Positions 26,690 through 32,000 of a stretch of 32,000 bases of DNA are shown piece after piece. Every line of letters begins with the position of its first letter. Positions within the stretch are counted from its first letter, which is position 1. Below the pieces are notes generated by a model. That model saw only the letters and a list, made by a program, of their open reading frames with translations, ran no database searches and had not been told where the DNA came from. The stretch is from Verrucomicrobiota bacterium (lineage in GTDB: Bacteria > Verrucomicrobiota > Verrucomicrobiia > Chthoniobacterales > UBA6821), in the NCBI GenBank assembly GCA_008932965.1, contig WBXG01000005.1:8307-40306 (forward strand), in the 5' to 3' direction. The position numbers and the translations under genes are program-made.

Positions 26690-27769
26690 TTATAGAGTGA
26701 GTGAAGCACTCTTAGACTCAATAATAGCCATGAGATCCTTCCACGAAGCTACGAAAGATTCAGCTCCCTCTTTTTGAAGGGTTGCTCCAAGCTCCTGAAT
26801 ATCTATTCCAGACTTTGCGATTTCCGAGAGAACATGGGATGAGTTACCACCATTAGCCGGTAGCAAATCAGATACATGACCGTGATCCCCAAAAGCAAGG
26901 AGTGTTTTTTCTGGCATCGTGTTAACAGTATAAGGAGCTGCCAAACCTTGAATGTAAAGGGTGTCAGAAGCCTTAGGGTCTTTTGTACCTGTGCTAGCAA
27001 AAAGAAGTCGTTGTGCCGATGCTCCTGAATTAAGGATTTTTAAATAGCGTGGGGATTGAATCAGTTTACAGTAGGCTTGATAACTCTCACCTCCAACAGC
27101 AATACCAAGTTGATCTTTAAGCGAATCAGGTACCTTGTTAGTTACTGCTACATCCCAACGGCTAATAAAGAGTGAGGCTACAGAGTGAACGTTAGGATTT
27201 AATCCTGCTTCAATGCGCCTTTCAATGGCTCTTAGGTAGGCTTCAGCTGCAGCCACGTAATGCTCACAAGAAAATAGAAGCGTTACATTGATTGGAATTC
27301 CCGAAAAAAGCGATTCCTCGATTGCAGGAAGGCCTTCTTTTGTCCCTGGAATTTTAATAAACAGATTAGGACGTTCTGCACGGCGGTGGAGTTCCTGGGC
27401 AACCTTGATTGTTGTTTGCGTGTCGTAGGCCAGGAGAGGTGAGACCTCAAGGGAGACCCAACCATCTACCCCGTTAGTGCGATCAAAAGTAGGACGAAAC
27501 AGGTCAGCTGCAGCAGTGATATCCTCCAAGGCCAAATCAAAGAAAAGCTCTTCCCCTTTGCGGCCTTTTAAAATTCCTTCTTTGATGGCTTGATCATAGG
27601 AAGGGCTATTTTTAATAGCATGATTAAAGATAGTCGGATTGGAGGTTAATCCTGTGACTGAAAGCTCTTCAATGTATTTTTTGAGCGTCCCATTGTTAAG
27701 TAAATCGCGAGTGATATTATCAAGCCAGAGGCTTTGGCCCAGATCGTGGAGTTGTTGTGTTGCTTTCAT
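26690..27769 (-). CDS. tal: Transaldolase (long ~360-aa type)
   Basis: SLWLDNITRDLL at the N-terminus, TSNPTIF, and the Schiff-base lysine context LFIKIPGTKEG. Confidence 0.92.
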   Translation of the reverse strand: MKATQQLHDLGQSLWLDNITRDLLNNGTLKKYIEELSVTGLTSNPTIFNHAIKNSPSYDQAIKEGILKGRKGEELFFDLALEDITAAADLFRPTFDRTNGVDGWVSLEVSPLLAYDTQTTIKVAQELHRRAERPNLFIKIPGTKEGLPAIEESLFSGIPINVTLLFSCEHYVAAAEAYLRAIERRIEAGLNPNVHSVASLFISRWDVAVTNKVPDSLKDQLGIAVGGESYQAYCKLIQSPRYLKILNSGASAQRLLFASTGTKDPKASDTLYIQGLAAPYTVNTMPEKTLLAFGDHGHVSDLLPANGGNSSHVLSEIAKSGIDIQELGATLQKEGAESFVASWKDLMAIIESKSASLTL

Positions 27770-28086
27770 AATGAGTAAATAACTTGGTGGAAGCTATGGT
27801 GTATTAAATTGATAAGGACACGTTACAAGCTAGCTCTTTTTTCTTATGACTATGTTCTCAAACTTTGCATTGCCTTGAAATAGCGCTGCAATCTTCGGCC
27901 ATGTCGTAAGAAAAAATTTTAACGCTTCTAACACGCACTGCTCCATTGAATACATGATAATGATTTTGTAAACAAAGACTGTGACTTATGTGAGGATCGT
28001 CAAATTTTTTTTATTCTGCAATCATTGAATTAAGAAAAAAAATTTGATTCTCTCGTAAATTTTATTCTATTCATCATTCAGTCATT

Positions 28087-28353
28087 ATGAATAAAACTAA
28101 AAAACCACTCACTCAAAAAGTTGCTGATACGAATTCAAAGCTCAGTAAAACAGTTTCAGCACATGCAAAAAAACCACTCTCTTCAAAAAAAGAAAAGAAG
28201 CCGATTATGCCATGCGAGTGTTCTTATGACTCAATAGCTCTTCGGGCTTACTTTATTAGTGAGCGTCGTCGGGAACTCGGTTGGGACGGAAATGAGCAAA
28301 CAGATTGGTTGGAGGCTGAAAAGCAACTTTTGGCAGAGGCTGGTGTAAAATAG
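28087..28353 (+). CDS. Small basic protein with a DUF2934-like C-terminal domain
   Basis: Lys-rich N-terminal half. The C-terminal IALRAYFISERRRELGWDGNEQTDWLEAEKQL matches the DUF2934 pattern (AY..e.RG...G...DW..AE) as I recall it. Confidence 0.55.
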   Translation: MNKTKKPLTQKVADTNSKLSKTVSAHAKKPLSSKKEKKPIMPCECSYDSIALRAYFISERRRELGWDGNEQTDWLEAEKQLLAEAGVK

Positions 28354-28471
28354 TTAAGATAAAATGCTCACAAGATTTTTTGTGGTTTTTACCCAAAAAA
28401 CTGCAAAAAAATGTTTCAACTTTCTTCACGCCCTTTAAGAAAAGCTAATAAGAATCCTCTGTCACTTATCA

Positions 28472-31400
28472 ATGAGAGTTCTTAAGCATTTGCTTCCTAT
28501 ATTAGTATTGTTTTCTATTACTAGTGACCATCTGCAAGCTCAGGAAGGAAACACTTCTTACGATTTTTTCTACGCTTCTATAGAAAAGTTTTGTTCTTTT
28601 TTAAATGCTAGTCCTGCATCAGATACGTTTCAACTTTATACAAGTGAGATGGAGGGGGGGCCTATTATACGCTTGGGAACTCCTGGTTTTTATACTTACT
28701 CCTACATTGAGAAAGATGGTTCTTTGCCCATGCGTGATTTTTCTTGGAGTGCTGCTTCCCTATTTTGCAACTGGGAGAAAAGCGGCGCTCTTTCTCAAGC
28801 TCTCTGGCTTGAGTCAATGGAGCATGGTCTTAATGAGTTGAGAGAAAATAATCTCGCTTTGGTACATCGGGATGCATCTCATGTTCTCATTTCAGAGGAG
28901 AATGTGAGCCAACTTAAAAACAGTATTTTAGGAAACGATAAGATGCATTTCTGGATTTTTCCTAAAACAGGGGAATCTTTTTTGAAGCCGCTCCATGCTT
29001 TTAATGGTTCTATTGAAAAGGAATATTGTGATCCCAAGTTACAATCAAATCTTATAGGATGCGCTCTTAGCGACTTTGTGTGTGAAACAGCGGGTGCTAT
29101 TTCGTTCTCCAACGATCAAGAGGAATGGTTCGGTGTCATAGCGCTTCTATCACTAGTCAGCTTTGGAGGCGTTTATTGTTCAGGGGGGAGCATTCATTGT
29201 AATCATAGAACAGATCCTTTTAATCCTATGCTCAGGAAAAATGAAAGTACTCCTGATGCTTCAGGTGCTTCCTCCCTTTCTAATGCTCATTCTCATGAGT
29301 ATTTTGAGAAAGTTTCTCTTGTGGAATCCATCATGAATAGCGATTCCATTGCTCAAGAGGATCTTTTTGTAAATCATCCTTATTCATTATTTCAAGATAT
29401 AGAAAGTCTTCAGAATACCTTTGAAAAAATGCACGAGACTTTTTTGCTTCATGTTGCCTTGGATCATAAGGGTGGATCAACAATTGCAGCCAGTAATGCT
29501 TTACGTCTTAACGCCAGAGCCAGTGGGATAGATCAGAGAATATTCCAAGGAGAGGATGAAAGAAAATTAGCAAGAGCATCGGATCATAGTTTAATTGATC
29601 AAAAACTTTTTGTTTTACAAAAGCTTGCAGAATCAGCAAGGAGAGGAGCTGAAGCATACAAGACCTTTGCATTGATTGAGCAACAAATGCCTGAGTATTG
29701 GAATGATTTGCAAAATAAACTGCTCAACAATTCAATACGTATTGAAGCTGCTCAAGCAGGTCTTAAGTATGCTTTTCAAGATTTAAGTCCGCTTCATCTG
29801 CAGGCGATCAGGGGGGTATTTGATAGCACCTTTAAAAACTCTTTAGAGAGTGCAGATGTTCTAAATAGAACCCTTGTTTTAAAAGATTATCAATTCTTTA
29901 TTGATCAAGAGAGGGAGAAAAGCAGGAATGCTTGGACCAGGTTTTACTATCAGCGCAACCCCCTTTTGAATGCGTTTGCTTGGCGTACATTTGCTTCATT
30001 TATTACCGCATTAAAATCCCAGGTTTTTTTTACAGATCACGTCTCTGCAGCTACATCAATAGCGATGAATTATGCCGTAATGACAGTGGGAGATTACACG
30101 AGTTGCTATCGCCAATTTCCATTAGAGCAAGAAGAGCTTTCGCTTGCTGATTCTAATGCGCGTGCTTCAAAAAGCACTTATTCCTCGATGATGTACGAAT
30201 TTTATACTCGAGTTTGTTCGGGAGAATATTTTAGCAGTCCTGTTTTCTATTCCATGGTTTGGAACTTTTATAGGACTGTTTTTTCGGTGACTAGAAATTA
30301 TCCTGGTAATTTTTTTCATGATCACTTTTCAGCATTTATTGGAGCTGCCTGGGTGAATGAATGTGTCGATGATCTTACCCGTGGATGGCGCCAGTACGAA
30401 GAAGGGCCTGAAGAACGAAATATCCTCTTACGTGAAGCGAGACTCCATGAAGAAGATAACAATGAACGCTCTTTTCAATCTAAGCTGGAGGATAATAGTT
30501 GGCATGTTCAACCATTAAAAAATGAGCTGCTCCAGCATGCTAGGGAGGAAGAATCCTTTTTTCAGACTAATCTTCACAATACTTGCCGGTCTTCTTGGGA
30601 ATCCCAATCACTGCTATTTTCGAATTGCAATTCGGATGTGGTTACTATCGATGCTCTTTTTTCACAACTTGATAAGAATGAGTTATTGAATTCTAACAAG
30701 AGAATACTTGGTGATGAAAGCGCATTAAGTTTTCAAGACGAGCATGCTTCTATTAACGATCTAGAACGTCTGTTTTATAGTCAGGGAACGCATCTCGTTC
30801 GGGTCGGGATTTATAAAAAATTTGGAATCGGTGCAATTCAGCGATTTGATAATCAATTTCAGATTAAGATCAGGGCTCAAAATCCATTGATGGGTAGTGA
30901 GCTCCAAACATTTTTTATATCTGAAAAAGAGAAATTTAAAGAAAGCTATTTTATCTCTCCTATTTCGCGTTGGAGTGAGCAAGAGGGGATATCTGAAGAA
31001 GTCGCCCATTACATTATTAAATCGAGTGGGAGGAAGAGTGGCTTCAATCCATTTTATCATACAGAATTTTTGGATCCTATTGATGATGAAAACGAAACTT
31101 TAGAAGGTATTTCTGAGGCGAGAGATCAGCTTTGCCATATTTTTAATGATTTAAAACCTTTTCATCAGCGTGATATCATTTCCAATTTTAATATTCGATT
31201 TACTCCCTCTGGAAATACCTACTCGAGTTTTTTTGCTGATTCCTCCTGGAAAGAAGAACCATTGACTGTCCAGGCATTTCAATCCTTTATTCTAGAACAA
31301 CGGGAAAAAAGTCAGCAAAGGTGGACACAAATATATTATGATTGTATTAGCAACCCTTACTTATGTGCTGGGCTTTGGAATACAGCCACCGTGGCATCAG

Positions 31401-31522
31401 CAGCAGCACGTATTTACTTTTTGTCTCACAATCTTGTAGTCTCAACCCTCATTGTGATGGCAGTGAATATTCCTGGAGATCTCACGGGTCGCTATCGTCA
31501 GCTACCACGTGAGCAGGAGTAG
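28472..31522 (+). CDS. Large (1016 aa) secreted/membrane protein: signal peptide, FGE/SUMF1-like N-terminal domain, TM helix, and an internally duplicated C-terminal module
   Basis: Long uninterrupted ORF with signal peptide MRVLKHLLPILVLFSITSDHLQAQ. The segment FLNA...D.F.LY..M.GG.I.R.G.PG.YTYS...PM...SW..A..F.NW resembles the PVC-type SUMF1-like domain. A TM helix is present (WFGVIALLSLVSFGGVY). Two homologous ~120-aa modules each end in YRQ(F/L)P(L/R)EQE. Confidence 0.7.
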   Translation: MRVLKHLLPILVLFSITSDHLQAQEGNTSYDFFYASIEKFCSFLNASPASDTFQLYTSEMEGGPIIRLGTPGFYTYSYIEKDGSLPMRDFSWSAASLFCNWEKSGALSQALWLESMEHGLNELRENNLALVHRDASHVLISEENVSQLKNSILGNDKMHFWIFPKTGESFLKPLHAFNGSIEKEYCDPKLQSNLIGCALSDFVCETAGAISFSNDQEEWFGVIALLSLVSFGGVYCSGGSIHCNHRTDPFNPMLRKNESTPDASGASSLSNAHSHEYFEKVSLVESIMNSDSIAQEDLFVNHPYSLFQDIESLQNTFEKMHETFLLHVALDHKGGSTIAASNALRLNARASGIDQRIFQGEDERKLARASDHSLIDQKLFVLQKLAESARRGAEAYKTFALIEQQMPEYWNDLQNKLLNNSIRIEAAQAGLKYAFQDLSPLHLQAIRGVFDSTFKNSLESADVLNRTLVLKDYQFFIDQEREKSRNAWTRFYYQRNPLLNAFAWRTFASFITALKSQVFFTDHVSAATSIAMNYAVMTVGDYTSCYRQFPLEQEELSLADSNARASKSTYSSMMYEFYTRVCSGEYFSSPVFYSMVWNFYRTVFSVTRNYPGNFFHDHFSAFIGAAWVNECVDDLTRGWRQYEEGPEERNILLREARLHEEDNNERSFQSKLEDNSWHVQPLKNELLQHAREEESFFQTNLHNTCRSSWESQSLLFSNCNSDVVTIDALFSQLDKNELLNSNKRILGDESALSFQDEHASINDLERLFYSQGTHLVRVGIYKKFGIGAIQRFDNQFQIKIRAQNPLMGSELQTFFISEKEKFKESYFISPISRWSEQEGISEEVAHYIIKSSGRKSGFNPFYHTEFLDPIDDENETLEGISEARDQLCHIFNDLKPFHQRDIISNFNIRFTPSGNTYSSFFADSSWKEEPLTVQAFQSFILEQREKSQQRWTQIYYDCISNPYLCAGLWNTATVASAAARIYFLSHNLVVSTLIVMAVNIPGDLTGRYRQLPREQE

Positions 31523-31794
31523 TCATTGATTTGAAAACACGATGAATGGCTTTCGGCTTTTCGCAGAGCTCTTATATAGAGTTAACCAGCCTATTTCATA
31601 CCGATTCTGCTGCGGCTTGCGAACCCCTGATGGATACTGCGTCAGTCTCGAATTGCTCCTCGGGCAGTATTAGACATACAGCCGACATCGCAATCCTTCG
31701 CCCACTTTGCACTCATAAGCTTTACACGGCCCCTTATGACACTTCAGTATGAAATATCCGGACTAACCCCTTTTTTCTTCCTCCCGTACCCCTT

Positions 31795-32000
31795 ATGACT
31801 ATTCAGTTTCCCCTTTTAGCTATTGCTCTCTTCATGATGGGTACCCTACCGATCTTACAAGCGGCCCCTCTCTATGATTCCGCTGAAGAGATGATTGCAT
31901 CGGATGACTATGGGGCCTTTCTCAACGCACTCGAAGCACAAAGAACATCCGAGTTTAGAGAAATCGAACCAGCAAAGAACTCCCAAGAATTCTATGAGGA
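31795..32000 (+). CDS. 5' part of a signal-peptide protein (runs off the window); possible paralogue of the 1016-aa protein
   Basis: Open frame from the ATG at 31795 to the window end: MTIQFPLLAIALFMMGTLPILQAAPLYDSAEEMIASDDYGAFLNALEAQ... It has a signal peptide and a DYGAFLNA segment like YASIEKFCSFLNA in the upstream protein. Confidence 0.45.
   Translation, partial: MTIQFPLLAIALFMMGTLPILQAAPLYDSAEEMIASDDYGAFLNALEAQRTSEFREIEPAKNSQEFYE

Noticed and set aside
31546-31752. 68-aa ORF in the spacer after the 1016-aa gene. Also a fleeting resemblance of GAACCCCTGATGGATACTGCGTCAG to the pyrophosphate-sensing arm of a TPP riboswitch, and of AGTCCGGA (minus strand) to RNase P P4
   Set aside because: The ORF has no family resemblance or RBS. 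The TPP-like stretch lacks the obligatory upstream CUGAGA element, and the downstream gene has no link to thiamine. The region is far too short for RNase P RNA and lacks its other conserved blocks. A structured RNA remains possible but cannot be supported by eye.

Overview
This AT-rich bacterial chromosomal window is densely coding and contains no rRNA, CRISPR array or obvious prophage. The gene content and order look like an environmental Chlamydiae or other PVC-group genome: tRNA-Thr, tuf, tRNA-Trp, secE, nusG, a chlamydia-like EF-Tu, an Rpn-type nuclease and an Inc-like membrane protein. This placement rests on recollection of homologues and is unverified.

Layout:
- 1-7.6 kb (plus strand): a 231-bp heptanucleotide array, then der, a small membrane ORF, pdxH (minus), tRNA-Thr, tuf, tRNA-Trp, secE, nusG and recJ.
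- 7.6-13.8 kb: a TPR protein, proC and photolyase (minus), a divergent Ni-superoxide dismutase (plus), then an HD hydrolase, pdxJ, a GNAT and an Rpn-family nuclease (minus).
- 13.9-27.8 kb: one co-directional minus-strand carbohydrate supercluster of tal, a ROK glucokinase, pgi, rpe, gnd, zwf, a pgl-rpiB fusion, glgX, an AmgK-like kinase and glgE.
- 28-32 kb (plus strand): a DUF2934 protein, a 1016-aa secreted/membrane protein with an internally duplicated module, and the start of a possible paralogue.

Most interesting observations:
1. A glgX / anomeric-kinase-like / glgE module with no TreS or canonical maltokinase in the window.
2. A 103-bp near-perfect palindromic element inserted in frame in recJ.
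3. A G-free, block-structured heptamer array that abuts the der start codon.
4. A NiSOD with a Sec-type leader.
5. A Pgl-RpiB fusion.
6. The duplicated-module giant protein.
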